Below are positions 40,813-53,838 of a DNA stretch of 64,000 bases, piece by piece. Position 1 is the first letter of the stretch, and each line of letters starts with the position of its first letter. The DNA is from Spironucleus salmonicida (Eukaryota), in NCBI RefSeq assembly GCF_000497125.1, contig NC_090601.1, positions 868,001 to 932,000 of the forward strand, read 5' to 3'. The notes below the pieces were generated by a model. It was not told where the DNA came from and did not search any database. It saw only the letters and a list, made by a program, of their open reading frames with translations. A program made the translations under genes and the position numbers.

Positions 40813-41595
40813 TCATTCATAATATCTACCAGTCGTAGTAATAGTTGATGTTTTTTGAACTCCTTTTTACTTATTGCTCCAATTTCTTTGAGCCCTTTCT
40901 TAGGGAGCTCCTTAAATTGACCATCTAGCCTAGTATTTATGAAAATTACTTACTGGGTCAGCTTTCCTCTTCTTTTTCTCAGAAAGCGTATACTAGTTTG
41001 GGCCCAGTAACCCATTAATTCGTGTGTGCCCTGTCGTTCTTAGGGTAGATTAATATGTAGATTGATATGATTACTTTGGTTAATAATGTGACTCTTCATC
41101 AGAAGAACTAGATTCTAATAGCTACTATCTTAATAAATCTTCTTTTGCCATTCTAATAGGTTTTTTATCCACTGGTTTTCTCGTTTGTTTTTTAAATACT
41201 GGAACATATTAGTCAGAATCATCTGACTCAATGGACTATTAAGGATGTTATCTTTATGTATTTCTTGATTAATTCTGGTGCGGGTTTTCTGAATACATTC
41301 TAGCAAATTTCGTATCATCTGATATCTCTTCATCCTCAGAAGTTTCGTTTATATCTTTGCCTTGCTATAATTTCGGCGGCGATGGTGTATCATTAGAAGA
41401 TTTCTTATATATTTGTTCATCTTCTGATTCTTCGTAGTAATCGTTAGTAAATTTATTTTATTATGGCTTTTCAGGTTCTTATTTGAGTCTAGCCATGACA
41501 TCTTTCTATAAGGCCATTACTTACTCATCTGGAAGATCTGGAAATCCCATTTCTTCTAAATAACGGCGTATAGTTTGTAGATCAAGATCTGACAT
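40813..41595 (-). CDS. HYLS1: HYLS1-like centriole/basal-body protein (260 aa)
   Basis: N-terminal IRRYLEEMGFPDLPDEQV and C-terminal KRKADPVSNFHKYQARW resemble the two conserved HYLS1 blocks. Confidence 0.68.
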
Positions 41596-41723
41596 TTAGA
41601 ATTTAGAAATAAATTTAATAATAATAATAAATATATAATAACAATATTTTTTGTTTTAAAGAAATATACTAAATTGGATCCAATTACAAAATAATAATCT
41701 GATGAACCACTCCCCAATCTACA

Positions 41724-44700
41724 ATGTATTGGAATTCAAAAACTTAACCTTTAACCCCTTTGCCTAAATCACCACTGTGCTTATCAATTCATGACTCTGA
41801 CGAGTCAATTTTATTCTCTGGCTTCTTTTATAAGAGACATCCGTTTTTTAAATCTTCTTATACTACACGATTATTAATTTTTACACCTACTCGCCTCGTT
41901 TGGGCAGATGGTGAGGATGATTAGGTAGTACCTAAAAGATCTTTTAGACGAAGTAGAATCAATGCTGTTAAATTAGCCTGTGGTCCTAAATTCCTTCCTG
42001 GGTTATCAATCTAAATTGATGAAAAATATTTTATTTTTACTCACGATGATCCATTAAAAATAGACAAATTAACAAATTTTGTTGTAAATTACATAGGAAT
42101 GGCCGAAGATTGGCCTAGCTTTGACTGTTATATACCCTAGCGTCCAATTATTAAAATTGGAGTTACTGTTCCAGGTGAAAGAACACAATACCCCGAAGTT
42201 GCCTATCGTTCAAACCCTGTATTCACGCCCTCATAAATTGCTTTATGTAGGGGCTCGAGAGTTTTCTGTTAAGGGCTTGTTTATTTAAATAAATAGCGAT
42301 GTAGAATGCTCATTACAAATGAATTAATACAAATCTGCGATGATACTGGAGACATTTTACTCAAATGCACTCCACTTGAAGTCTAATCTATATTAATTAA
42401 TCAATAACCAGTAGCTATTAATTCATTAGAATTTAATAATCAAAGAGATTTGTAAATTGATGTATCTGGTGAAATATTCAATATTATCAATGATCCATAA
42501 AGTTAATGTTAATGGAATGGTGCTTTAGCATCTTTTCTAGGGGTTCTTCCAAGTTTAGATTGTATTAAAAATATTGAACAGTATGCTGAAAATGAAGATC
42601 AATATTTCCAAATTTTTGAAGATATTAATAGAAACGACAATATTAAATAACGTGTTAAAAACGAAAAGAATGAAGATTCATAAAGTAGTGATGATGACTA
42701 CGTTATGTTTTAAGGAGAAGGTGAAGACGGAATATCAGAAGAAGAAAATGAAATAGTAGATGTTCTGATTCATGATATTGTAGAAGACGAAAATGTGGTT
42801 ACCACTAGTGAGTAGGAAAGTGCAAACAGTAGTGCTATGAACAAGAGCCTTGTTGAGCATATTTAAAAGAATACACGTATGAGTTTCCATGCTAGTGGTG
42901 CGAGAAAAAGTAAAACTAAGTAAGAGAAAATGCAAAAAATGCAAAATAAATTATAAAAGAAAGAAAGAGAGTATATAAAATAGGTTCAAGAGTAAATTCA
43001 ATAATTGAATAAAGAAATTGATAATCAATCTACTGATTCATTTGAACAATCAAATACACCAGAGTTGGATATTTAAGAGCTGTAAGACAAGGCTGTTAAG
43101 TATTCTTTGTAATCTTTAACAAAAGTTTTAGATCATGCGGACTATTAAGACGATCCAGAACTTAATACTTGGGATTTATTGGTCCCATTTTTTGAAGAAT
43201 ATGAACTAGAGCCCGACCATCTCACGTTAATAGATGAAGCTGCTCAAGTTCGTCGTAAAGTATTATTCGAATATGCAAAATAACTATCCGTAAATGAATC
43301 AGACTTATCAGTGACTATTGGAACTATTCCAGAGCCATTTGGCGATTTGCTTGAATTTATAGATAAAATAGTAATTTCCACACCAAAGACTATTGATCCT
43401 TCATCTCTTTGTATAGCTTTTCCTGCCTCTGATGTAATTTCAGAGCGTGCAAAATATGTCAGGCATGAACTTTTAGACTAATTTAATGAAAATTGCGCGA
43501 TGTATGGTGAATTAATAGATTTCCTTAAAGCATTTTTAAATTTAGAGTATGACCACAGAAATGATAACCAGGAGCGTTATTTACTGTTACCCCCAGAGTT
43601 TATTATAAATTTGAAATTACACAAATATATACCAACCTATCTTAAATATCATCCATAACCAGATGTTCTTACGGCATTATAAACTTATAAAATTATTTTT
43701 TGGTATTCTGAAAATTTAGGATGTACGCTAGCACAGAGTTTGAGAAAACTAATTGCCTAAGAAACACTATTATCAGTTAATAATTCATCCCATTGTGTCA
43801 GAGATGCCGCTATTTAATTTCTGCAAGATGGTGATATGTTCGATGTAAATGAAGCGGAACAATTTATTCAGGAACTTAGTTCTTATTCAACATAGAGAAA
43901 ATAATAATTCTTCGCTTCTTTGGACGCTGAAAATTCGACATTTTTTGGTCAGAACTTACACATTTTTGGTGCTAACGAGCGAGTTAGGAGGGCTGGTAAG
44001 ATAGTTGTTTAGGCGTTAGTGGGAAGATTGGAGGCAAGAATTATCAGACAGTATTTCTACTTCATAACAGGCAATATAGATATTGGATTTGATTTCTAAG
44101 AAGCTGAAAAATTCGTAAGCTACTGCGAAGGAAGCTACTGTGAAATTCTTTGCCAACCACATAAAATCCATATAAATTAGGTTTGTAGAGGTGTGATTAA
44201 GGAAATTTACGAAGGTTACGTACAGATGGTCAAGGGCTTGGAGAATAGAAATGTAAGCCAGTTCGTCAAGTTTGATCTTAACGGAAAGAAGTGGGAGCGC
44301 AGAGGCCTATTTATGCGTTACGAAAACCAGTTTTTCAAGCAGCGTGGCTGCTGCGTAGAGCGTGTAACTGGCTCGCGCCCCGATGAAGAGCTCCCAGCGC
44401 GCCAGTTCCTGTTTTTCTTCGGGTAAACATGCTGGATTTGCCGAATTCTCGAGGGCCCTAAGATAGCACTCCTATGCCAGCTGAAAATAGAACGGGAAGG
44501 TGACAGATTCGAGATTAGTATGAAAGGCAAGCCGCTGCTGATATGTGAGATGTAGGAGGAGGTGTGGAAGATAGACGGCGAGACCAGGGCCGAGATCCCA
44601 GCTTCGGTCAATCTTCTGCAACTTCTCTTCGCATTCTGCTACGAGAAGTTCACGTAGGAGGCCGTACGAGACATGAATCCGACGTAGTTCAGACTATTTA

Positions 44701-44873
44701 CATTGGACTCGCCCCTGGACCATCAGGGCGCTGAGTACCGCGTGCACGCCGATGCGGAAGAAGAGGGCCTACTCACGTTCTGCCAGGAACTGAAGGCCAG
44801 GCAGATCATCCGCTCGGCTGACGAGATTGACGCTTGTTTGGAAGTGTTTAAAGACGTGGATGGTCTGGATTGA
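41724..44873 (+). CDS. Large PH-domain-containing protein (1049 aa)
   Basis: SGFFYKRHPFFKSSYTTRLLIFTPTRLVW (PH beta strands 1-3), acidic linker, coiled coil; frame spot-checked. Confidence 0.72.
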
Positions 44874-45113
44874 GCGAGTTGATATTTTTATTTTGAAAAT
44901 TTTAATTTTGGGCAGGAAGTAACGTTTCGTTTCATGGAATATAAAAATAAGTAATTTTTCGTCTAATTTTAGAATTTTGATAAGAAAAGGTGTAGCTAGG
45001 CAACAAATTCAGATAATGGCGGTGTTATATCACTTTATTTTGCAGAATTAACGAAACAAATAAAGCAGTTGCTGCGTGTCATTAATTAAATAGAAAGAAA
45101 CCCATAAATCAAC

Positions 45114-45671
45114 TCAATGCGTCATGCACATTCTCTTTTTCGCAGTTTTCGAGCCATTTGCCTGTTCCTATTGCCTAATTGCTTTCACGACGTCCTCAAA
45201 AACCTGTGCAATGTTAATATTGTCCTTGGCTGATGTTTCGATGTATTAACATTTCCATTCTTCAGCAAGTTTTTCTGCCTCTTCTCTTTGGACTTCACGG
45301 TCCTCTATATCACATTTATTACCAACAAGAACCATAGGAACTTGGTCTTTTTCTTTGATTCTTAGGGCCTATTCTCTGAGTTTCTTTGTTTCATCAAAAG
45401 ATGAAGCTGAGTTAACTGCAAAAACAATGATGAAACCGTTTCCTGTTTTCATATAAGAATCACGCAGAGATGAAAATTCTTCCTATCCTGCGGTGTCAAG
45501 AATATCAAGCATAACTGCTTCACCATCGACATCTAACTATTTTCTATAAAAATCTTCAATGGTGGGATCATATCTCTTGATAAATTTACCTTGCACGAAT
45601 CTGACTGTAATGCAAGATTTACCAACTCCTCCTGAGCCAACTACGACTACTTTATGTGTAGAATCTGACAT
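45114..45671 (-). CDS. Ras/Rap-family small GTPase (185 aa)
   Basis: [35 protein letters not shown]-terminal KKRMCMTH. Confidence 0.95.
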
Positions 45672-46458
45672 ATCGTAGTGGAGTGGGAAATTAACTCTAA
45701 TATAACTGTATAAGAATGTTAATATATTTTTATGACGTATTTAATAATAAGAGAAGTATAATCAATCATTGCTTATATATGCCTTACCATAAATCAAACA
45801 ACTCCTAAAACACAAAATCAAATACTACCGAATTTTTGGTTAGTTTCTAAATTTTTGTCCAGCATGGATAAATAAAAAGTTCTGTGAATAGTTCTCTAGA
45901 AAACACCACACCATTTTATGAGAATGATATTTCTTCAATATCAGTTTCATATAATTTTAAAAATTAATCCGTATTAGGAAAGCTTGTAATAACCTCTGGT
46001 ATTAATATTTCGGAATGATGCTTGACTTAATTAATTTATATATTTTATTACATAATGACTTTGAACCATTGATAAATAAATCTTCTAACCTTGAAATTAA
46101 TCAGATATTCAAGATAAATATATAACTATGTATCAGGGGCCAATATATGAAACTTAATTCTATAATTTTTAAACTATTTTACATTATATAATAGCTTTTA
46201 CTTGAGTGGTATAACATTGTAGACTGTCTCATTAACTAGTAAATTTGTATTTTTATAAGTAATTGGATATTGTTCTTGTAACTATTTTACTACATTTTTA
46301 TTCATTATAATAGTTAAAAATATCAAATTAGAGGTTTAGTAGTTGAAGATTCGTACCTGCTCATTGTATAAAGTAACATCAAAAATTATCATTTACAAAA
46401 CTATTCTCTAATTATAAATAATAATATTACTTTTATTACCGCTCTACTCATTCTAAAA

Positions 46459-46881
46459 ATGCAAGACTATGATTGTTTTTTAAGTGCTTTTTATATGATG
46501 CGAGATAAACCTATTGTGCCACTTAATGAGTAGTAAATGTAAGATTTTACTGTTACTTATGACAAATAGTAGGTTAAGTAATAATAAAGTTAACTACTGC
46601 AAGCTTATAAAAAAATTAAAAAACCGTTAAAAAAGTAATCGAAATAAGACGATTTTGATGATTCATTTGACGATTCTGAAGAAAATAGAGGTTAATGTCA
46701 ATCTTTACCAAATGTTGATGCCATTCTTGCTTATAAAGCCAACCCAGATTAGAAATTTGTTTAACTGACGAACTACCAGAATGATGTTTTATCTAGGCGG
46801 GATATCTATCCTCAAATATAGTTTTAAAAAGCAACTGCATTTACCATGGATGAAGAATTCATGTCTGTATTTACATAGTGA
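46459..46881 (+). CDS. Hypothetical protein (140 aa; the frame is open upstream to ATG 46015)
   Basis: MQDYDCFLSAFYMMRDKP...; TAG TGA end. Confidence 0.55.
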
Positions 46882-47850
46882 ATATTTTTATCTACATTTC
46901 ATACGAATTTGCGACACCTGCTTCTGCAAACTTTATCCACCAATTTGCCCCATACACCGATCAAATTTGCTACTTCTGCAAATAAAATTCACATAAATCT
47001 GCTCCAACGACGATTTGATGTCCAAATTCGCGAAAAAATCTTATAAATTTAAAGCATAAAACTCATTACCTCGTATTTAGCTTCGGAGTCAGCATTCGCC
47101 TGCCACTGGAACTTCTGCAGGGCTTAGAACCGCCAATTCCATCTCCCTAAATGCAACATTTTGGCGCGAACGCTGCGATGGGCTAAGCAATTTTGCAGTT
47201 TGCACGTCTTAGCCTATCAGCCTCCATTTGCTAGGAACGAGAGATGCCAATATCGTAAAACATGGGCTTTTCACAGGCGAGGCGGTGCTGAGACATCCGT
47301 AAATCGCGAAGCTGGAGGTCAATCGAGGCGCTGAGCACCTAGCGATAGCGGAGCGAATCCGGCGGCGGGGAGAACATTATTTGCGGAGATTTACACTATA
47401 TACTGAGTATATAAAAATGACCTTCCCAACAACATATCCGACAACCCCGTTTTCGCTAAAAATCAGATCGCCCGCCGCTGCGCTACGCACAACGCATGCT
47501 TAATATCCCCTCGCAAACACTCCAATCTGCCCAGATTCTTAACGCAGCACGCGCTGCTACGGAACCCTTGATTTCGAGTGACGATTTCCTGCACCGCATC
47601 GGCGCGCTGTGCTCCTTAAATTTTGACTAATAAACGCCCCTTGTATCACAAAAAACTTTTTCGGTGCGTCTGAATTCGCTTTTCTTTCCTTTTTTGTCCG
47701 CGGCGAAGCCCGAAAGCTCAGAATCCGGCCTTTCAGAGCGCCCGCTGGCAAACGCTGCAAAGGCCTTCGGCGCGAACTTCCGAAACGCCGCTTCGCGCGC
47801 CGCGCGAACGTCGATTGCGGCGGTCATTTTTTTGCGTTTTCCACTCCTAA

Positions 47851-49497
47851 ATGGACAAAACGCCGCAGCCCAGCGCCTCCAAGCGGGCGCAGCGGCAGTC
47901 GCTGGTTAACGAGATCCGCGAGCGGCTGGAAAACGGCGATTCGCGCGCGGAGATCCTGTCGCTCTACGACGCGCACCAGCACACGTACCTCTCGAAGCTC
48001 ATCGCGCAGCTGCAGGAGGAGAATACGACCGAGGCGCCTGCAGCGCCCAGAACGGGCCATATTGCGCCTAAAATCGACAAATTCCTGCGCCTGAAGACCT
48101 CGCCGGACGCGCTGATTTCGTCCATGCGCGAACAGATCCAGCAGCTGAAGGGCGAAAACGGTACTTTGCGTGCCCAGCTAATTTCAATTCAAAATCAATT
48201 TTCCACTCCTAATTAGCTTTTGAACAAAATTAACCTCGCGTTGCGCCTGCACGAGTTTGAGGCGCAGGAAATCGCGAGCCGCTACGCGAATTCGCGCCAG
48301 TTCGATCCGATTCAGCCGAATTCCCCTTCCTAAAAAGAACTGGAAAACCAAAATGAAATTCGCGATTAGGAGGCGTTTTTGCAGACCGCAAAATTGCAGC
48401 TCGAGGCCGAGACGACGAAGAGCGGAAAGCTGGCGCTGCAGCTTCACATAGGCAGCCTGAACGAGCGTCTGGTGGGCCTGCGGCGCCTGCATTTCCAGCT
48501 CGTCGAGAGCTCCGAAATCGCACAAATCGACATAAAACGCTACAAGAATCTGACCGTAAACAACAGTTTCCGCAGCTTCAATTTGCCGTGTTTTTACCCA
48601 ACTTTTCCGCTCCAGCAGCACCCGCTCCGCTCCTCGTTTCCAATCCAATTTCCGCCCCAAACGCCGCAGTTTCTGCTGCTGCGGAAGCTCGGCAGCGGCG
48701 GTTTTTCGTCCGTTTTCAAGGCCTTCAACCTGCAAAAATCGACGTTTTCGGCGCTCAAAATTTCGACTTTTGGAGCGGAAACACACAAGAAACTCACTAC
48801 CCGGGAAGCCGAGATTCACAAAAAACTGGCCCATAAGAACGTTCTTCAAGTACACCAAATTTTGAAATTCGATACCGAAATTGCGATCGAAATGGAGATC
48901 TGCGACGGCCTTTCGCTGCACGAATTCATCTGCCTGGCGGTCCGGAGGTGCCAGTACCAGGAGAAGCTGACGCAAAACGAGGCCGTTTCGATCATTTTGC
49001 AGATCTCGGAGGCGCTCGTTTACCTGCACCGCCAGGGCGTCGTTCACAACGACATCAGCCTCATGAATATCCTGCAGAGCGCCGGCGCGTGGAAGCTCGC
49101 AGATTTCACGCTCGCGAAAGAGGCGTTTGCTGAGTCGCCTGTCACGACGCTGGGCATGACGTGCCCCTATGCCGCGCCTGAGCGCTTCAGGCGCGTTTTC
49201 AGCGCCAAAAGCGACGTCTACTCGCTAGGCGTCGTCGGTTTCCTGCTCCTGACGGGCTACATCGAGTTCTTCAATCGGGTCGGAAAGATGCTTTAAATGG
49301 GCCAGCAGGGGCCTGACATCGCCAGTGGGGCGCGGGACTACTTCAAAATGCACGGGAGCGTTCTGTGCGATTCTGGGGACGAGCTGCGGGAGCTCATTTG
49401 CGCCATGCTGGGCGAGGACGCAGCGGCCCGGCCAACGGCGATGGAGGTCAGCCAGCGCCTCGAAGGGCTCGTGAAGGGCAAGAAAGTGCGGCGCTGA
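47851..49497 (+). CDS. Ser/Thr kinase, Tousled-like (N-terminal coiled coils), 548 aa
   Basis: LGSGGFSSVFKAFNL, ALKI, HKKLTTREAEIHKKLAH, HNDISLMN, DFT, APE; three track ORFs fused via TAG/TAA. Confidence 0.85.
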
Positions 49498-51268
49498 GGT
49501 GAGACTTTTCTGTGGTGGAGTGGAAAATAGTTAATATTATATATTAATAAGTAGTAGATACCAGTCCAATTAAAATTGCGATTGTGAAAATCGTCAAAAG
49601 GCTGAATTTTTCGACTGAGAAGGGCTGCGATTTCGCGCAATTGCTGTTCATGTGGTTCAACTGTCTCTGCTCGGCGCTGCAGAAGTAGATATTGCACATT
49701 TTTCCAGATGAAAATTTGACACTCATTATTTTATCTGAATAGCGTTTTTACTTTACTCGCGAAATGACAAAATTTGCGTTCTGGATACACGTAGAATAAA
49801 CGAAAATCGCGTCCGTCACGAAGTACAATTCAACATTTTTGGCAGCAAAACTAACGTCGGAAATCGCTTTTAAAATTATATCAACTTTTCGCCCAATGAA
49901 TTGAAGCGAAATTGTTATATCAGTTATTTTCGGCTTATTTTCTTCTACTTCCTGTGACACAACGAGTAAATCCTGGCTGTACGATAACCACACTTTGATT
50001 TATTCCGTAATGTGTTGTCCCCAGAGTTCTGAGCTTTAAATTACGTACTGATATGATCCGTGCTTGCCGTTCACGGTGCCCACAAAATGCGGTACGAACC
50101 GGATTCCCACCTTCTGGCAGACGTAGATCGACAGACCACTAAAGCGCTCTAGCGCGCCCCGGTTGTCCGCTATGTGCGTCTCGTATATGTTCTCATACAG
50201 CGGCTGGAACGTGTCCTTAGCACCACGGATCGTCACGTACGTGCGAAGGACCTGGAACGAAAGCAGCTCCAGCAACGCCCCCGATACGATCCCGCCAGCA
50301 CCAATTACGTCCAGTTGCACATCCTGGCGGGTAAAATCACTAACCATGGCAGTCTTCTAGATCGCCAGCATGTCCGTTATCCCGTTGCCGAGGCCATGTG
50401 TCCCGTGACGGAACTGGTTCTTGACCAAAATCGAGCTTTGGAGCGCACTCAAAACCTGATCGAACCGTGCACTGCGATCCTAGAGCTGCAGTTGGAACCG
50501 AACCAATAATGGGAACCCGCTACCGATGAAACCAGTGCCCCCTATACCCTGGGGACCCATGCCGATCGGCACTGCCACAAAGCAGCTCTAGCTTGACGTT
50601 TAAGGGTGGTAGTTGGATGAAATATGGCAAAATTGCAGCGAGTTGAACTACAGCATGGAGGTGGTATCTAACGCGGAGCCAACGATGAGGACGTTGCTGT
50701 TTTTCAGTTTCTAGCTCTCAAAATCATAATAGCGCTGCTGGGGCGTTGTGGATTGTTTTAGCAGGTCTCTGTAGCCCCTCATGCTTGTCTGAATCTATTC
50801 GATTGTCTGCACTCTAGAAAATTCCAAATTCGCACCTTAGTAGAAGTCGTTCGTTCTATCATAAAGTGTAATTTCTTTGTCCTAAGGTGCCTAGCTTTCG
50901 CAGTTAATCATGGGAAGCAAAATAACGTCATTATCTTGAATTACTACCTTTCTGAGTTCGTCAAAGTATTGGTCGGTCGTTGCAGCAATTGGTAATAGTA
51001 CTTAAATTATTTGCTAATACTCCTTTACTATTGTTTTAATAGAATTTAAGATAACATTTAAATACTCTTAGGAGTCACCAACAATGATAAGTCTCTTAAT
51101 ATTCTATTACGAATAATCTTGTTACAACCATGGCGAAGCTATAGTTGAAGTAAATACGGAACCTTAAGATTACAACCAATCTTAGTTTATCTACGGATAC
51201 TTGTAAGTATAAAATTCAATCATTGACGGAGAACAGTATCCAAATAACGTGCTTAGTTGTATAATCAT
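49448..51268 (-). CDS. Secreted or type-I membrane protein (606 aa), possibly a degenerate kexin/furin-like subtilase
   Basis: Short hydrophobic N-terminus; NVLIVGS, GGTGFIG, HGLGNG, P-domain-like SSELWGQ; C-terminal TM. Confidence 0.55.
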
Positions 51269-52045
51269 TTATGTACTTTACCCAACATAATCGCAAAGTA
51301 TATAATACTATATATATAAACTTTTATTGTAGGTGATAATTTTTACTTATAACTAAAGTTAAAGTTAGATATCAGTTTTTCAACTTAATATATTATATAG
51401 AGTCCTATTTTTTTATCGTATAGGCCAAAAAAAATATTTATATATTTGTAAATACTCTTATTTTAGTATTAATATGAAACATATTTAAAAAGTACTAATA
51501 TAATTGATATAAGTTTATTTTAATTAATTAGTTTCTTCGAGCCGAAGTTAAAAAAATAATGTATAGAAATAAGTAATTTAATTCTAGATACTGACTCAAT
51601 AATAGAGTTACATAAATAAAAGGCATGCTAAACATTAAGTTTAAATAAAAAACTTAGCTGTTAATTTAAAGTTAATCGCGTGAAACTACATTGGATGTAG
51701 AAATTATTTTATATTAATCAGTATTATTCAATATAAATTTTAATTATTACAATAATCTGTATCCTGAAGTAGGCAGGAATAATATTGAGTGTGTATATAA
51801 TAACTTTTATTGTTTATTTCATAAGCATATCAATAATAGTTTATTATGCCTAACTATGCTGCTGCAGCTAGAACTAAATGTTTAAAGCAAAAAAAAATTT
51901 ACTTATGAATATATATACTTCGATTAGTATGAATTATATCATTCAGTACATAGTTAAAAAGAATAATTGTTAAAACATGACTCATTTTATTCATTATATG
52001 TAAACGATATAATAAATATATTTTATTTTTACCATTCCTTTTAAA

Positions 52046-52408
52046 ATGACCTAAAAAGAGAAAGTCCCGAAATTCAGCACAGATTTCCATGTGAAACTCT
52101 ACAATTAGATAACACGTTAAATAATGAAGCAATGTTTCATGATTAAAAAGAGCACCAAGCAGCTTAACAATTGTAATTACGCAGAACGGACTCAGCTCCA
52201 AACTACACTTGCCTTGGCCAAAAAGAAGAAGAACGAAATGCAAGAAAAGCTCATATTAGAGAATCAGAAATTTATTAAATTGATGACAGAAAAAATGGCA
52301 GAGTTCGAGGAGAAAAACAGTGAAAATATTGTTCAGTTGCGAGAGGAATTTGCACAAATTTTGAAACGGGAGACCGAGCGTATAAATGAGGCAGGTTTGA
52401 TTAAGTGA
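52046..52408 (+). CDS. Coiled-coil hypothetical protein (120 aa)
   Basis: Extends the track ORF upstream through TAA/TAG to ATG 52046; C-rich box; AAG TGA end. Confidence 0.72.
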
Positions 52409-53838
52409 GAGAAATTATAACCGCTCAATTTTGGTTCTTCGAGCAATAATAGAAAGTCTCACTCCCACTCCTTCCAGAGCTCTTCGTGGAACTCCGTGAT
52501 GCTCGCTATCAGACCATCCATTTTTTCCGCACGTTCCAGCACCGAGAAGCTGACATGGTAGGTACCTGCAACCTGCAGGAAGCCGTTTCCTGGTACTCCA
52601 ACCACACCGCGAGTCCGGAGCAGCTAAACGCACCACTCAAGATTAGGGTTTTCGTGCGCCTAGACGAACTTGGCCGGTAAGAATATCTGGGGGAATGCAT
52701 ACATAGCACCCGTGATAGGCTGACACTTCATGTGCTGGGTGTTGAGCAGCCTGCTCATCTTGTCCGCTTTCTGCTTCATTAGGCCTAGTTTGGACTCTTT
52801 TTCGGTTTTCCACGTAGCGTTCAGGATAGGGTCGACCATCATCGAGACGGCTAGCTGACCCGTTGTGTTGCTGCAGAGGCTAATAGAGGCGAGTTTGCGT
52901 AGGTTCTCCATGAGCCCTTTCGAGCCATTTACGACTTCCATGAAACCGCCACGCAGACCGCACTCTCCTAAGTAGCCCTTGGACACCGAGTGGAAGCTAA
53001 ATACCACTGGTCCCTGGCATTTGCGAGTTTCCTCAAATACCTTGAGGGCCTTCTTTACAGAGACGAACTCACCGTAGTAGATGTTCTCCTGGTACACTTC
53101 GTCCGCCAAGATGGCTATCTCGTGCTGGTGGCAGAACTCGATGATCTCGAGCAGCTCGGTCTGGGTGAGGATAGAACCTGTGGGATTTGATGGGTTAAGC
53201 AAGATAATGGCTTTAGGTTGGTGCCTTGCAGCAGCATACGCGCGCTTGAGTTCCTTATCCGTAACCTTCCACTGGTTTTCCTCGTCCAAATAATAGTTTA
53301 CGTAGTCAGCAGAGTTCAACGCAAGAGCGGCCGAATACAGAGGATACTAGGGAACTGGTAGGAAGAAATGGAACTCAGGTCCAGAAATTAATTATATGAC
53401 ATCTCTGATGGCCGACGAGGCACCGTTAGAAAGGAATATTTCACCGGCTTCGTAGCCATCACGGTTCTTAATGAAACCCGCAACCTGCTTCCGCACAGAT
53501 TCGAATCCTAGGGAATTGGTATAGGCACCAATGCCAGCAGGGTTCTCCTTGATGAAGTCTTTTGCGCGAGAAACCGCGTCAGGATTGAATGCCTCCGTGT
53601 TAGTTTTGAGGATATGTGGTGCCATGCATAAAGCTATAAATTCTCTTAGCATGGTCTGGTAAGGCATACCTAGTGCCTGTGGATTACCGATATTAAGGTA
53701 AGCGATGGATTTGAAAGGGAACTCCTTACCTGCTTTAAGCTGCTGCTCGATCTGAGCAGCCTCTGCCACTATCTTACCGCGTACAGCATATTCAGCCTAG
53801 ATTACAGATGGATTGAGGTCGTCAATCAAGAAATACAT
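52196..53838. repeat. Inverted segmental duplication 3, right copy
   Basis: Reverse complement of 9917-11559. Confidence 0.93.
52459..53838 (-). CDS. ALT: Alanine aminotransferase, second copy (459 aa; R430S)
   Basis: About 99% identical to 9917-11296. Confidence 0.93.

Noticed and set aside
47403-47416. 14-mer CTGAGTATATAAAA shared with 23500-23513
   Set aside because: An AT-rich word with two independent occurrences is plausible by chance.
47018-47827. Overlapping open frames on both strands (+47018-47581; -47377-47063; -47827 onward)
   Set aside because: Probably coding, but I could not choose the strand or frame; a faint CFAP97-like pattern on the minus strand is too weak to call.
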